Below, one piece after another: positions 48,437 through 59,266 of a stretch of DNA of 64,000 nucleotides. A program made the translations under genes and the position numbers. The DNA lies in assembly GCA_937951995.1 (NCBI GenBank), contig CALGAG010000041.1, positions 4,401-68,400 on the forward strand, given 5' to 3'. Origin of the DNA: an uncultured Bacillota bacterium. Its GTDB lineage: Bacteria; Bacillota; Clostridia; Tissierellales; Tissierellaceae. Each line of letters opens with the position of its first letter. Within the stretch, counting starts at the first letter, position 1. The notes below the pieces were generated by a model. The model worked only from the letters and a program-made list of their open reading frames with translations. It was not told where the DNA came from and ran no database searches.

Positions 48437-49492
48437 ATGGACATAAGAAAGATGATTACCCTGATCTTGGTGGTGGCCCTGGGGTTTGGCCTTGCTGCCT
48501 GCAGGCAGGAGGTGCCGGAAGCACCTGTTGAAACGCCGGTAGAGGAGCCTGTTGTCGAGCCTGAACCGGAACCGGAACCTGTAGAGGAGCCGGAGCCTAC
48601 AGGGATACCATCTCCCTTAAGCGGAATTTATGCAGCTGAGGAATTGGTAAATGGTCGAATCATATCAGTTGTTTTTGACAACCATCCAAAGGCAAAATGG
48701 CAGTCGGGATTAAAGGATGCGGAGCTTGTGTACGAGTTTCCAGTTGAAGGACCCTATACCAGATACCTTGGACTATATCTAATAAACTCGCCGGATTCCT
48801 TGGGGCCAATTAGGAGTGCAAGACCATACTTTGTCACTATGGCTTGGCAATTTGACTCAATTTTTGTACACGTTGGAGGCAGTGAACAGGCAAAAGCCGA
48901 TGTTAGGACCCTTAGAATGGCAGAAATTGATGGCCTAACAAGCTCAAACAAGGTTTTCTGGAGGATGTCCCACAAGAGGGCGCCTAACAATATGTACTCC
49001 AGCATGGAAGTCCTAAGGGATGTGCAGGAGGAGCGTGGATACAGGGATACCAGTGAGTTTGAGGGCTTTATCTTCGATATGGAGGACTTGCCCAGAACAG
49101 GGGAAAATGCAGAAGATATCCTGATAACATACAATGACGAGAACAACACCAGGTATATTTATGACCCGGACCTTCAAAAGTACGAAAGATACAAGGAAGG
49201 TGCTCGACATGTGGATGAATCAGATGAAAGTGGACTTTATGCAGACAATATTATAATCCAGGAGAATTCCATGCGAGTCCTGGATAGGGAAGGAAGACTT
49301 GGAATAAGCTTGGAAGGTCAGGGAGAGGGTAAATTTATCACTAGAGGGGTAGTCCAGGACATAAAATGGGTAAAGGATGATAGAAAGGCAAAAATAGAAT
49401 ACCTGAATGACAATAATGAAGAAATTAGACTATCACCTGGAACAACCTGGATTCAGGTGGTAAAGCCGGGAACACCAATTACTATAGAATAA
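48437..49492 (+). CDS. DUF3048 (YerB-like) lipoprotein
   Basis: Lipobox LAAC, Pro/Glu linker, FDNHPKA..QSGL..A..VYE..VEG..TR, IRSARPYF. Confidence 0.82.
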   Translation: MDIRKMITLILVVALGFGLAACRQEVPEAPVETPVEEPVVEPEPEPEPVEEPEPTGIPSPLSGIYAAEELVNGRIISVVFDNHPKAKWQSGLKDAELVYEFPVEGPYTRYLGLYLINSPDSLGPIRSARPYFVTMAWQFDSIFVHVGGSEQAKADVRTLRMAEIDGLTSSNKVFWRMSHKRAPNNMYSSMEVLRDVQEERGYRDTSEFEGFIFDMEDLPRTGENAEDILITYNDENNTRYIYDPDLQKYERYKEGARHVDESDESGLYADNIIIQENSMRVLDREGRLGISLEGQGEGKFITRGVVQDIKWVKDDRKAKIEYLNDNNEEIRLSPGTTWIQVVKPGTPITIE

Positions 49493-49505
49493 GAGAGGTT
49501 TTTTC

Positions 49506-49922
49506 ATGAATAGGAAAGATTTGATAAATAGAGCAATAAAAGCAAAAAAGATGGCCTACGTACCATACTCAGGATTTCATGTGGGGGCTGCCATACTCAC
49601 TGAGGATGATGAAATATACGATGGATGCAATATAGAGATTGCTTCTTATTCACCAACCATATGTGCTGAAAGAACTGCAATCTTCAAGGCAGTCTCTGAG
49701 GGGCACATGAAGATCAAGGCAATTGCCGTGGTTGGAGATGCTGACCATACCTATCCATGTGGGGTTTGCAGACAGGTGATCCGTGAATTTGGAAAGGATG
49801 CAACCGTGATTATTGCAAACTCAGAGGATGATTACAGGGAGTATGCCTTGGACCAGCTGCTACCTCATAGCTTCGGACCTGAAGACCTTGAGTCATCCCG
49901 TAAGGAGGAGAAAAATGTATAA
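49506..49922 (+). CDS. cdd: Cytidine deaminase
   Basis: YVPYSGFHVGAA, GCNIE, CAERTA, PCGVCRQ. Confidence 0.97.
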   Translation: MNRKDLINRAIKAKKMAYVPYSGFHVGAAILTEDDEIYDGCNIEIASYSPTICAERTAIFKAVSEGHMKIKAIAVVGDADHTYPCGVCRQVIREFGKDATVIIANSEDDYREYALDQLLPHSFGPEDLESSRKEEKNV

Positions 49923-50799
49923 ATCCGGATTCATAACAGTGGTAGGAAGGCCAAATGTTGGGAAATCGACACTTCTCAACCAGGTGATCGGTGAGAAGAT
50001 TTCGATAATCTCCGATAAGCCTCAGACCACAAGAAACAAGATACAGATGGTCTATACCGGGGATGATTATCAAATAGTCTTTTTGGATACCCCTGGAATT
50101 CAGATGCCCAAAAATATACTGGGAGACTACATGCTTAAGATTTCAAGAACCACACTCGAAGAGGTTGACATTGTAACCTTCATGGTAGATGAAAGCATGG
50201 AGACCGGGAAGCTTGACAACTATATTCTGGACCAGCTGAAGGAGATCAGCACTCCGATTGTGCTTCTTATAAACAAAACCGACAAACTGACAAAAGACCA
50301 GGTTGATACACTGGTTAAAAAATACAGGGACATGGGAATGTTCCAGGACGTAATACCAATTTCAGCATTGAACAATGACAATATAGAAAGATACCTTGAG
50401 GTATTGAAGGGTATGCTGCCTGAGGGACCCCAGTATTTTCCCGATGACATGATCACTGACCAGCCTGAACGGTTTATCATATCTGAAATAATCAGGGAGA
50501 AGGCCCTGGTGAACCTGGAGGATGAGATCCCCCACGGAATATATGTGGATATTGACAAGATTGTTCAGAGGGAAGACAAGGAACTGATTGATGTTTTTGC
50601 CAATGTTATCTGTGAAAAGAATTCGCACAAGGGAATGATAATAGGCAAGAACGGCAAAATGCTCAAGACCATCGGTCAGCAGGCAAGAGAGGACATTGAG
50701 AAGCTGATGGGTAGCAAGGTAAACCTTCAACTGTGGGTCAAGGTTGAGAAGAATTGGAGAGAAAAAGCAAACAAGGTGAAGTATTTTGGCTACAAATAG
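49915..50799 (+). CDS. era: GTPase Era
   Basis: MYKSGF, GRPNVGKS, QTTR, DTPG, NKTD, KH domain; ATG 49915 with RBS. Confidence 0.98.
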   Translation: MYKSGFITVVGRPNVGKSTLLNQVIGEKISIISDKPQTTRNKIQMVYTGDDYQIVFLDTPGIQMPKNILGDYMLKISRTTLEEVDIVTFMVDESMETGKLDNYILDQLKEISTPIVLLINKTDKLTKDQVDTLVKKYRDMGMFQDVIPISALNNDNIERYLEVLKGMLPEGPQYFPDDMITDQPERFIISEIIREKALVNLEDEIPHGIYVDIDKIVQREDKELIDVFANVICEKNSHKGMIIGKNGKMLKTIGQQAREDIEKLMGSKVNLQLWVKVEKNWREKANKVKYFGYK

Positions 50800-50810
50800 A
50801 AAGGTCTAAC

Positions 50811-51545
50811 ATGTCAGAGACAAATGGAATAGTCATATCAGGAATGAAATATAAGGAGTCCAGCAAGATTCTAACCCTGTACACAAGGGAACTGGGGAAG
50901 ATTTCTGTCATGGCTCAGGGTGCATTAAAACCCAAATCAGGGATTATTGCCTCTACGGAAGTCTTTGCCCTAAGCAATTGGAAGCTAAAAAAGGGTAGGA
51001 GCTTTCATTACATCGAGAGTGTTGACCTTGTGGATTCCTTCTATACCATCCGGGACTCAATGGACAAGATGCTTTTTGGTTTCTATGCCCTGGAACTTCT
51101 TGACAGGTCCACTCCAATGGAGGAGGAGAACAAGGTTCTGTTTGAACTCTTGGAGAAGTTTATCAGGACCATGAGGAAGGAGGAAAGGGTTCTACCTATG
51201 ATGGTTGCCTATGAGCTTAAGTTTGCAAGCTTTATCGGCTACAGACCCCATTTGGGTGGATGTGTTGCATGTGGTGCCAAAGACTCGGACATATGGGACT
51301 TTGACCACACCAAGGGAGGCTTGATATGCTCCAACTGCCGAGGCGGGAAGGGGGACCCCCTGTTGGATGGGGAGGTTAAACAGATGAAGCTCCTCCTGAT
51401 GTCCAAGCTGGAAGATGTGGGAGATCTTCAGATCCCCGACAAGACCCTGTGGAAAATGCATTACAGGATGTCAGACTACCTTTTGTATAATCTTGATATT
51501 AGGGAGATGAAGTCATTGGCCATGATAAAACAAGGCCTAATCTAG
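50811..51545 (+). CDS. recO: DNA repair protein RecO
   Basis: YKESSKILTLYTRELGKISVMAQG, Zn finger CVAC...CSNC; era-recO synteny. Confidence 0.93.
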   Translation: MSETNGIVISGMKYKESSKILTLYTRELGKISVMAQGALKPKSGIIASTEVFALSNWKLKKGRSFHYIESVDLVDSFYTIRDSMDKMLFGFYALELLDRSTPMEEENKVLFELLEKFIRTMRKEERVLPMMVAYELKFASFIGYRPHLGGCVACGAKDSDIWDFDHTKGGLICSNCRGGKGDPLLDGEVKQMKLLLMSKLEDVGDLQIPDKTLWKMHYRMSDYLLYNLDIREMKSLAMIKQGLI

Positions 51546-51562
51546 GCTGAGCTACCGGACTC

Positions 51563-51591
51563 TTGACATAATGACGAAATTTTGTTAAATT
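51563..51591 (+). promoter_or_regulatory. Sigma-A promoter of glyQS leader
   Basis: TTGACA-N17-TAAATT with TG extension. Confidence 0.75.
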
Positions 51592-51604
51592 AATAAACGA
51601 AACT

Positions 51605-51803
51605 GAATTCCATACGATGATGAAGAAAATACCTGTAACTGTGTAGCAAAGAGAGTCCGGCAAGGGTGGAAGCGGATGTATACAGTCATTGGGAACGGCG
51701 CTTCTGAGTATTGCAGTTTAAGAGAGTACCTTTCACAGGTATTAAATAGGGTGGAACCGCGGAAGAGACCTTTCGTCCCTATAGGGACGCTGAGGTTTTT
51801 TTG
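51605..51803 (+). ncRNA. Glycine T-box riboswitch
   Basis: GA motif, AGAGA and GGTGGAA stem I motifs, GGC specifier at 51697-51699, T-box AATAGGGTGGAACCGCG at 51745-51761, terminator with T tract. Confidence 0.92.
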
Positions 51804-51828
51804 TATCCAAAAATAAAGGGGGGTTATT

Positions 51829-52716
51829 ATGTATTTTCAGGATTTGATGCTGAAATTACTGAATTACTGGGGTGAAAAAGATTGTATAATAATGGAGCCA
51901 TATGACATCGAAAAGGGTGCTGGAACAATGAGTCCACACACCTTCTTAAGGGCATTGGGGCCAGAGCCATGGCAGGTGGTTTATGTGGAGCCATCAAGAA
52001 GACCTGCAGATGCACGCTACGGCGAGAATCCAAATAGGGTTTACCAGCATCATCAACTTCAGGTTATTCTAAAGCCTTCACCTGAAGATATTCAGGACCT
52101 GTATCTGGACAGCTTGAAAGCAATAGGCATTGACCCGATTAAGCATGACATAAGATTTGTAGAGGACAACTGGGAAGCTCCAACTCTTGGTGCATGGGGA
52201 CTTGGTTGGGAAGTATGGTTGGATGGAATGGAAATAACACAATTTACATACTTTCAACAGGTAGGAGGAATAAATTGTGATTTGGAGTCTGGAGAGCTGA
52301 CCTACGGACTTGAGAGGATAGCAATGTATCTTCAGGATGTTGACAATGTCTTTGACATTCAGTGGAACAAGAACTTCACTTATGGAGACATATTTAGAAA
52401 GGCTGAATACGAGCACTCTGTATACAGCTTTGAAAAGGCAGACATTCCAGTGCTTAAGGAACTCTTCAACACATATGAGAACGAAGCCAACAAGGTGATT
52501 GCAGAAGAACTGGTCATACCTTCATATGATTATGTACTGAAATGCTCCCATACATTCAATGTGCTGGATGCAAGAGGGGCCATCTCTGTTTCCGAGAGAA
52601 CAAACTATATTGGCAGGGTCAGAAACCTGGCAAGAAGTGTGGCATCTCTTTATCTGGAGCAGAGGAAACAGATGAATTATCCCTTATTGAAAAAAGGTGG
52701 TGGAGACAATGAGTAG
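51829..52716 (+). CDS. glyQ: Glycine-tRNA ligase alpha subunit
   Basis: [41 protein letters not shown]. Confidence 0.99.
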   Translation: MYFQDLMLKLLNYWGEKDCIIMEPYDIEKGAGTMSPHTFLRALGPEPWQVVYVEPSRRPADARYGENPNRVYQHHQLQVILKPSPEDIQDLYLDSLKAIGIDPIKHDIRFVEDNWEAPTLGAWGLGWEVWLDGMEITQFTYFQQVGGINCDLESGELTYGLERIAMYLQDVDNVFDIQWNKNFTYGDIFRKAEYEHSVYSFEKADIPVLKELFNTYENEANKVIAEELVIPSYDYVLKCSHTFNVLDARGAISVSERTNYIGRVRNLARSVASLYLEQRKQMNYPLLKKGGGDNE

Positions 52717-54787
52717 AGAATTCCTGCTTGAAATTGGAGTTGAAGAACTACCGGCAAGGTATATAAAAGATGCAGTGGAACAGTTAAAGGGTAACATGGA
52801 GAAACTGTTAAAGGAAGAGAGACTAGGTTATGAGACCTTCCATACCTATTCAACACCCCGTAGACTTACAATAATTGTGAAAGGACTTGGGGATGAAGGG
52901 GAAAGTCAAGAGGACCTTGTCAAGGGACCAGCCGCAAGAATAGCTTTTGATCAGGATGGCAAGCCAACAAAGGCATTGCAGGGCTTTATGCGCGGCCAGG
53001 GAGTTACAGAGGAAAACATCAAAACCATGGACTACAATGGTGATGAATATATATACGCAGCAGTAAGCAAAAGTGGAAAACCCCTTCAAAAAGTTCTTGA
53101 AGAAGGTCTTGAAGAGGTGATAAAGGGTATAACCTTCCCTAAATCCATGAGATGGGGAGGCAAGAACCTAAGGTTTGCAAGACCCATAAGGTGGCTGGTT
53201 GCAATTTTGGATAATGATATCCTGCCCTTTGAGCTGGAGGGAATAAAGGCAGGGAACATAACGAGGGGACATCGGTTCCTGGGTAGTCAGAATATCCGGA
53301 TTGAAGGTATAGACAGCTATGAAAAGCAGCTTAGGGACAACTTTGTAATAGTTGACCAGGAGGAAAGAAAGGACATAATAAGACTCAAGGCTGAGAAGCT
53401 TGCAAAGGAAAAGGGTGGATCCATCCAGAAGGATGAGAACCTTCTGGATGAGGTAACCAACCTTGTGGAATTCCCGACCCCAATAATTGGAAGGATAAAG
53501 GAAGAGTACCTGGGACTTCCTTTCGATGTAATAACCACCCCCATGAAGGAGCATTTGAGATACTTTCCTGTCCTTGATGACAAGGGAAGGCTTCTTCCAT
53601 ACTTTGTAACTGTTAGAAACGGTGACTCACAATACGAGGAAACAGTTGTAAAGGGAAATGAAAAGGTTCTTGGGGCAAGGCTTGAGGATGCCAAGTTCTT
53701 CTATAAGGACGATGTCAGCATTCCTCTGGAGGGATATGTTGAGAAGCTCAAGACATTGACCTTCCAGGAAAAGCTTGGAACAGTACATGATAAAACCAAC
53801 AGGGTGATGAAGCTAACCGAAAAGATCGGCAACTATCTTGAAGTGGGAGATGAGACAGAGAAGAACCTGCAAAGGGCAAGCTTCCTGGCAAAGGCAGACC
53901 TGGTTACAAAGATGGTAACTGAATTTACGGAACTCCAGGGAAAGATCGGAATGGAATACGCTCAGGAATCAGGAGAGAATGAAATTGTAAGCCTGGCAAT
54001 CCACGAGCAATACATGCCAAGATTTTCTGGCGATGAGCTTCCAACAACCACTGCCGGTGCAATTTTATCAATCGCAGACAAGCTTGATTCAATTTGTGGA
54101 CTCTTTGCAATTGGAATCAAGCCCACCGGGTCCCAGGACCCCTTTGCCCTAAGAAGGGCTGCGATAGGTATAATAAACATCATCATGGACAAGAAGCTTA
54201 ACATTTCCCTTCTGGAGCTGGTTGACTTTTCCCTGTACATCTATGTTGAGGAGAATGGTCTTGCCTGTGACTACAACAAGGTAAGGTCTGAAATCAAGGA
54301 ATTCTTCATGGGTAGGGTAAGAAACCTCTTCCTGGATTTTGGGATGGCATACGATGTCATAGATTCTGTAATCAACTCAGGTAGTGACAATATTTTTGAC
54401 ATGAGGATAAGAGTTGAGAAGTTGTCCAGATGGTTTGAAAATGAAGATGTGGGAGAGATACTGGTTGCCTTCAATAGGCTTAGTTCCATGGCAACAAAGA
54501 CCGAATCCACCGAAGTGAAAAGAGACCTCCTGACTCCAGATGAGATAGGGCTCTATGACGACTACAACAACATAGAGGAAAAGGTTGAATCTCACATTAA
54601 CAAGAAGGAATATGACAAGGCAATGATACTGCTTGGCACCCTGAAGGACTCCATAAACGATTATTTTGACAAGGTCATGGTAATGGTTGAAGACAAGGAG
54701 CTTAAGGAGAACAGACTGGCCATGCTTAGACGAATATACTCAAAAATGATGAAGGTCTGTGATCTGACATACATTGTTGCCAGATAG
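52709..54787 (+). CDS. glyS: Glycine-tRNA ligase beta subunit
   Basis: [35 protein letters not shown]_1 C-terminus. Confidence 0.98.
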   Translation: MSREFLLEIGVEELPARYIKDAVEQLKGNMEKLLKEERLGYETFHTYSTPRRLTIIVKGLGDEGESQEDLVKGPAARIAFDQDGKPTKALQGFMRGQGVTEENIKTMDYNGDEYIYAAVSKSGKPLQKVLEEGLEEVIKGITFPKSMRWGGKNLRFARPIRWLVAILDNDILPFELEGIKAGNITRGHRFLGSQNIRIEGIDSYEKQLRDNFVIVDQEERKDIIRLKAEKLAKEKGGSIQKDENLLDEVTNLVEFPTPIIGRIKEEYLGLPFDVITTPMKEHLRYFPVLDDKGRLLPYFVTVRNGDSQYEETVVKGNEKVLGARLEDAKFFYKDDVSIPLEGYVEKLKTLTFQEKLGTVHDKTNRVMKLTEKIGNYLEVGDETEKNLQRASFLAKADLVTKMVTEFTELQGKIGMEYAQESGENEIVSLAIHEQYMPRFSGDELPTTTAGAILSIADKLDSICGLFAIGIKPTGSQDPFALRRAAIGIINIIMDKKLNISLLELVDFSLYIYVEENGLACDYNKVRSEIKEFFMGRVRNLFLDFGMAYDVIDSVINSGSDNIFDMRIRVEKLSRWFENEDVGEILVAFNRLSSMATKTESTEVKRDLLTPDEIGLYDDYNNIEEKVESHINKKEYDKAMILLGTLKDSINDYFDKVMVMVEDKELKENRLAMLRRIYSKMMKVCDLTYIVAR

Positions 54788-54795
54788 GTGGTGGT

Positions 54796-55428
54796 ATTAT
54801 CCAACTTTCAAACAGGCAGAATAAAATAATTGATATAGTCAATGAAAACCAACCAATAACAAGCACAGCCATTGCAAAAAAACTGGGTCTGACCAGGGCG
54901 ACCATCAGGCCTGACCTGTCAATCCTTACAATGACAGGGATACTGGATGCAAGGCCAAAGGTGGGATATATCTACCTGGGCAGACCGGACAGGGATCTTG
55001 TTGCTGACAGGATTTCCTCCATAAGGGTTAGGGATATCATGTCCCTGCCTGTTGTGATCGAAGAGACCAGAACGGTCTATGATGCAGTGGTCTATATGTT
55101 CACGGAGGATGTGGGATCCATCTATATCACCCACAGCGGATACCTGTCAGGTGTTATTTCAAGAAAGGACCTTCTTAGAAGCGCTGTTGGGGGAATGGAC
55201 CTGAACAAGACCCCAGTGGGCATGATTATGACCAGGATGCCTAAACTGGTTGTCATAAGGGAGACTGATACAATCCTAAAGGCTGCCATCAAGTTGATTG
55301 AACACGAAATAGACAGTTTGCCTGTGGTCGATTCAACTGGTGAAGAGGATAAGGACCTGAAAGTCATTGGAAGAATAACCAAGACAAACATAACGAGAAT
55401 GTTTGTTGAATTGGGAACAAATATCTAG
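54796..55428 (+). CDS. ccpN: CcpN-like HTH + CBS transcriptional regulator, probable non-canonical start
   Basis: Frame of ORF 54931 extends upstream through IQLSNRQNKII...LGLTRATIRPDLSIL HTH; only ATT/ATC/ATA available as start; two CBS domains. Confidence 0.85.
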   Translation: MIQLSNRQNKIIDIVNENQPITSTAIAKKLGLTRATIRPDLSILTMTGILDARPKVGYIYLGRPDRDLVADRISSIRVRDIMSLPVVIEETRTVYDAVVYMFTEDVGSIYITHSGYLSGVISRKDLLRSAVGGMDLNKTPVGMIMTRMPKLVVIRETDTILKAAIKLIEHEIDSLPVVDSTGEEDKDLKVIGRITKTNITRMFVELGTNI

Positions 55429-55440
55429 GAGGGGGTCAAT

Positions 55441-56265
55441 ATGAGTAATAGACTAACAGTCTACGTACTATCAGATTCCATTGGTGAAACTGGTGAGCTG
55501 ATAGCAAGAGCAGCTGCAAAGCAGTTTATAACGGAAAATTATGAAATAAAGAAATACCCCTTCATGGATGACAGGGATGAGATAAGAAACATTTTCAAGG
55601 AAGCGGTCCCAGGAGAAAGCCTATTCATCTATACAACTGTTCTAAAGGATTTAAAAGACCTGATTGACAGTCTTGGAGAAGAAAAGGACATACCCACAAT
55701 AGATGTAATGTCACCGCCAATACTGGCCATTGAGAAGCTATTAGGCTATGCCCCAAAACGTGAAGCAGGCCTCATCAGGAGGATTGACGAGAACTACTTC
55801 AAGAAGGTAGAGGCCGTTGAGTTCGCTGTCAAGTATGACGACGGGAAGGATCCTAGAGGCATTGAAAAGGCGGACATTTGCCTGGTGGGAATCTCCAGGA
55901 CATCAAAGACTCCCCTAAGCATGTACCTGGCACACAAAAATTTCAAGGTTGTAAACGTGCCACTGGTTCCGGAGGTCAACATCCCCCAGGAACTGTTTAA
56001 AAAGGACAGGAGAAGGATTATCGGCTTGGTGGCCGATCCCAAGAAGCTTATAGAAATAAGGTCTGAAAGGCTTAAGGCTTTGGGTCTTAAGAATTCTGCA
56101 AATTATGCCAGTGTAGAAAGAATCCAAAGTGAGCTTGAGTATTCAATGGATATCATGATGGATTTAGGCTGTGAGATTATTGATGTTACTGCAAGGGCAA
56201 TAGAGGAAACGGCATCCATAATAATTGAGCACATGACAAACGAGTTTGGAGATAAAATGTTTTAA
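55441..56265 (+). CDS. PEP synthase/PPDK regulatory kinase-pyrophosphorylase (PSRP, DUF299)
   Basis: LSDSIGETG, VKYDDG, GISRTSKTPLSMYLA, AIEETA. Confidence 0.93.
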   Translation: MSNRLTVYVLSDSIGETGELIARAAAKQFITENYEIKKYPFMDDRDEIRNIFKEAVPGESLFIYTTVLKDLKDLIDSLGEEKDIPTIDVMSPPILAIEKLLGYAPKREAGLIRRIDENYFKKVEAVEFAVKYDDGKDPRGIEKADICLVGISRTSKTPLSMYLAHKNFKVVNVPLVPEVNIPQELFKKDRRRIIGLVADPKKLIEIRSERLKALGLKNSANYASVERIQSELEYSMDIMMDLGCEIIDVTARAIEETASIIIEHMTNEFGDKMF

Positions 56266-56292
56266 ATCCAAATCCTGTAACAATGTTCAAAT

Positions 56293-56322
56293 GAAGCGTT
56301 CCAAGGGGCGCTTCTATTTTTT
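56293..56322 (+). terminator. Terminator after PSRP gene
   Basis: GAAGCGTTCC-AA-GGGGCGCTTC plus T tract. Confidence 0.75.
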
Positions 56323-56357
56323 GTTTGTGAAAGATATTGAGCTTTTTTTCTAAAAAA

Positions 56358-56386
56358 GAAGGATTTTCATGACCTTTGTTGAATAT
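56358..56386 (+). promoter_or_regulatory. Sigma-H-like promoter upstream of dgt-dnaG-sigA
   Basis: GAAGGATTT-N11-GTTGAATAT. Confidence 0.7.
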
Positions 56387-56412
56387 ATATATATGGGAAA
56401 CGGAGGTGGAGA

Positions 56413-57429
56413 ATGAATATTCGTGAACAGTTTGAACAAAGAGAGGGTCAGACACTTTCATCTCGAGCATGCCTAAGTATTAACACCAAAGGTCGAAAGG
56501 TTCCAGAGGAGAAATGTCAAATCAGGACTGAGTTCCAAAGGGACAGGGACAGGGTGATCCATTCCAAGGCCTTCAGACGGCTGAAGCATAAGACCCAGGT
56601 CTTTATCGCTCCTGAAGGGGACCATTTCAGAACAAGGCTAACCCATACCTTGGAGGTGGCCCAGCTTGCAAGGACCATGGCAAGAGCCCTGAGACTCAAC
56701 GAAGACCTGGTGGAAGCAATTTCCCTGGCACATGATTTGGGTCATACGCCATTTGGCCATACTGGCGAGAAGGTTTTAGACAGGGTGAATCCAAGGGGAT
56801 TCAAGCACAACCTGCAAAGTGCAAGAGTTGTGGAACTCCTGGAGGGGTCTGAGAAAAGACAGGGCTTGAATTTGACATACGAGGTACTGGAGGGTATAAT
56901 TAATCATTCTGGGGATAATGTGTCCAAAACCCTGGAAGGACAGATCATAAAGTTTGCAGATAGGATAGCATACATTAATCACGATATAGATGATGCAATG
57001 AGGGCAGGGGTAATAAGTGAAAAAGACCTACCTGCTGATTGCATTCAGGTACTGGGGAAAACCCATGGAGACAGGATCAATACAATGATAGTGGACCTGA
57101 TTGAAAACAATCAGGAAAGTGACAGGTTGACCATGAGCGATTTGATTGGTGAAAAGACCAACAAATTGCGGCAGTTCATGTTTGACAATGTTTATCTCAA
57201 TAAGGAAGCAAAAAAAGAGGATGACAAGGCTGAATACATCATTGAGGTCCTGTATAATTACTACAGAAAGAATTTCCACAGACTTCCATCGGAACATTTG
57301 GGTATATATAAGAGTGTAGAGGTGGAGAAGGAGGATATTATCTGTGACTACATTGCAGGGATGACCGACAGGTATATAGTCAATCTCTACATGGACCTTT
57401 TTGTGCCAAAGCCATGGGGAAAGTACTAG
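56413..57429 (+). CDS. dgt: Deoxyguanosinetriphosphate triphosphohydrolase-like HD protein
   Basis: FQRDRDRVIHSKAFRRL, RTRLTHTLEV, HDLGHTPFGH, DYIAGMTD. Confidence 0.93.
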   Translation: MNIREQFEQREGQTLSSRACLSINTKGRKVPEEKCQIRTEFQRDRDRVIHSKAFRRLKHKTQVFIAPEGDHFRTRLTHTLEVAQLARTMARALRLNEDLVEAISLAHDLGHTPFGHTGEKVLDRVNPRGFKHNLQSARVVELLEGSEKRQGLNLTYEVLEGIINHSGDNVSKTLEGQIIKFADRIAYINHDIDDAMRAGVISEKDLPADCIQVLGKTHGDRINTMIVDLIENNQESDRLTMSDLIGEKTNKLRQFMFDNVYLNKEAKKEDDKAEYIIEVLYNYYRKNFHRLPSEHLGIYKSVEVEKEDIICDYIAGMTDRYIVNLYMDLFVPKPWGKY

Positions 57430-57472
57430 GAAGCTTTTATTGGAATTATTAAAATAGACAAGTGGTGAGAGA

Positions 57473-59266
57473 ATGTCTTATGCAAATGAAGATGTCCTTG
57501 AAAAGGTCAAGGACCAGATGGACATAGTCCAGTTGGTTGGAGAATATGTTCATCTTAAAAAATCGGGCTCAAATCACATTGGTTTGTGTCCCTTTCACAA
57601 TGAAAAGACTCCTTCCTTCACTGTTTCAGAGTCAAAGCAGATTTTCCACTGTTTTGGGTGTGGAGAAGGTGGAGATGGAATATCCTTTGTAATGAAGAAG
57701 GAAAATCTTGATTTTGTGGACGCATTGAAATTTTTAGCTGACAAGTATGGGATCCCCTGGGATGAAAATCCTGACAGGGACGACAGCCGGGAAAAGAGCA
57801 ATCTCTATAATATCAACAAGGAGGCTGCAAGGTATTTTTACAATAACCTTCTTAACAACAAGAAGCCACGTGAGTATCTTGCAAAGAGAGGGATCACCGG
57901 AGAAATTGCAAGAAAGTTTGGACTTGGCTATGCCACTGACAAATGGGATGGCCTGATAAAGCATCTACTGGAAAAGGGCTTCACAGAAGATGAAATGGTA
58001 AAGGCTGGACTTGCAGGAATCAGGAAGGATGGATCAGGGTATTTTGATAAGTTCAGGAACAGGGTAATTTTCCCAATCATTGATACCAGAAGCCGTGTCA
58101 TCGGTTTTGGAGGAAGGGTTCTGGACCATAATTTACCCAAATACCTGAATTCACCTGACACAATGGTGTTTAACAAGGGATATCACCTTTATGGATTGAA
58201 CCTGCTTGCAGGAAACACAGATAGGAGGAGAATCCTTCTGGTGGAAGGGTATATGGATGTCATATCCCTATATGCAGGTGGTGTAAACTATGCAGTTGCC
58301 AGTTTGGGAACAGCATTGACAAGCAACCAGGGGAAACTTCTTAAACGATATGGCGACGAGGTATTGATTTGCTACGACAGGGATAGGGCTGGGATAAAAG
58401 CCACCCTCAGGGCAATAGATGTATTGAGGGAGCTTGAGGTGGATCCAAAGGTTGTAGTTTTGCCAGAGGGCATGGACCCAGATGACTTCATAAGGGAAAA
58501 TGGACAATCAGGCTTTCAAAAAAAGGTAAATACTGCGTTAACTTATGTTGATTTCAAGGTATATATATTGAAAGACCAATATGACATTGAGGAATCCAAA
58601 GGAAAGATCGACTTTACAAAAGAAGTTGCAAGGATAATCAGGGATATGAAATCTCCAGTGGAACAGGATGTTTATATTGAAAAAATAGCCTCCCAGACTG
58701 GAGTATCCAGGGAAGCCATAGAACACGAGGTTCGGGGTGGACAAAAGACACAGAAAAGATTCAAGGAGAGGATCAGATTCGAACCAACAATCACAAAGCT
58801 GCCACCTGCCCATTTGAAGGCAGAGATGGACCTGATAGGCTTTATTCTAATGGACAGGGAGTATTTTGAAAGAATATCCAGTAGGATTCACTACGAGGAT
58901 TTCCAGGACATGGACTGTAGATTCTGTTACAGGATCATAAGTGACTCATATGAAAAATCAGATTCAATAGACAAGGAAGCACTAAGGGAAGAACTATCCC
59001 AGGATCAGGAAAGTGGAGAAAAATTCAACGGTATTTTGAATCATCAACCTAGATTCCAGGCATCCAACTGGGAGAGGGTGATCGAGGACCTTATTAGGAC
59101 AATTAGACACAACAAGCTAATCAGTGAGAAGAGTTTAATTCTTGAGGAAATGGGGAAGCTTGAAAAAAGTGGAGAAGACCAGGAAAGATTTCTTGAATTG
59201 CTTGGCAATATAGATGAACTGAACAGGAAAATTAATTCATTAGTAAGTAGGGAGGAAATAAATTGA
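57473..59266 (+). CDS. dnaG: DNA primase
   Basis: CPFH...CFGC Zn finger, [27 protein letters not shown]. Confidence 0.98.
   Translation: MSYANEDVLEKVKDQMDIVQLVGEYVHLKKSGSNHIGLCPFHNEKTPSFTVSESKQIFHCFGCGEGGDGISFVMKKENLDFVDALKFLADKYGIPWDENPDRDDSREKSNLYNINKEAARYFYNNLLNNKKPREYLAKRGITGEIARKFGLGYATDKWDGLIKHLLEKGFTEDEMVKAGLAGIRKDGSGYFDKFRNRVIFPIIDTRSRVIGFGGRVLDHNLPKYLNSPDTMVFNKGYHLYGLNLLAGNTDRRRILLVEGYMDVISLYAGGVNYAVASLGTALTSNQGKLLKRYGDEVLICYDRDRAGIKATLRAIDVLRELEVDPKVVVLPEGMDPDDFIRENGQSGFQKKVNTALTYVDFKVYILKDQYDIEESKGKIDFTKEVARIIRDMKSPVEQDVYIEKIASQTGVSREAIEHEVRGGQKTQKRFKERIRFEPTITKLPPAHLKAEMDLIGFILMDREYFERISSRIHYEDFQDMDCRFCYRIISDSYEKSDSIDKEALREELSQDQESGEKFNGILNHQPRFQASNWERVIEDLIRTIRHNKLISEKSLILEEMGKLEKSGEDQERFLELLGNIDELNRKINSLVSREEIN

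Noticed and set aside
48530-48600. GAACCG/GAGCCT short tandem repeats
   Set aside because: Encode the Pro-Glu lipoprotein linker; in-frame and not CRISPR-like.
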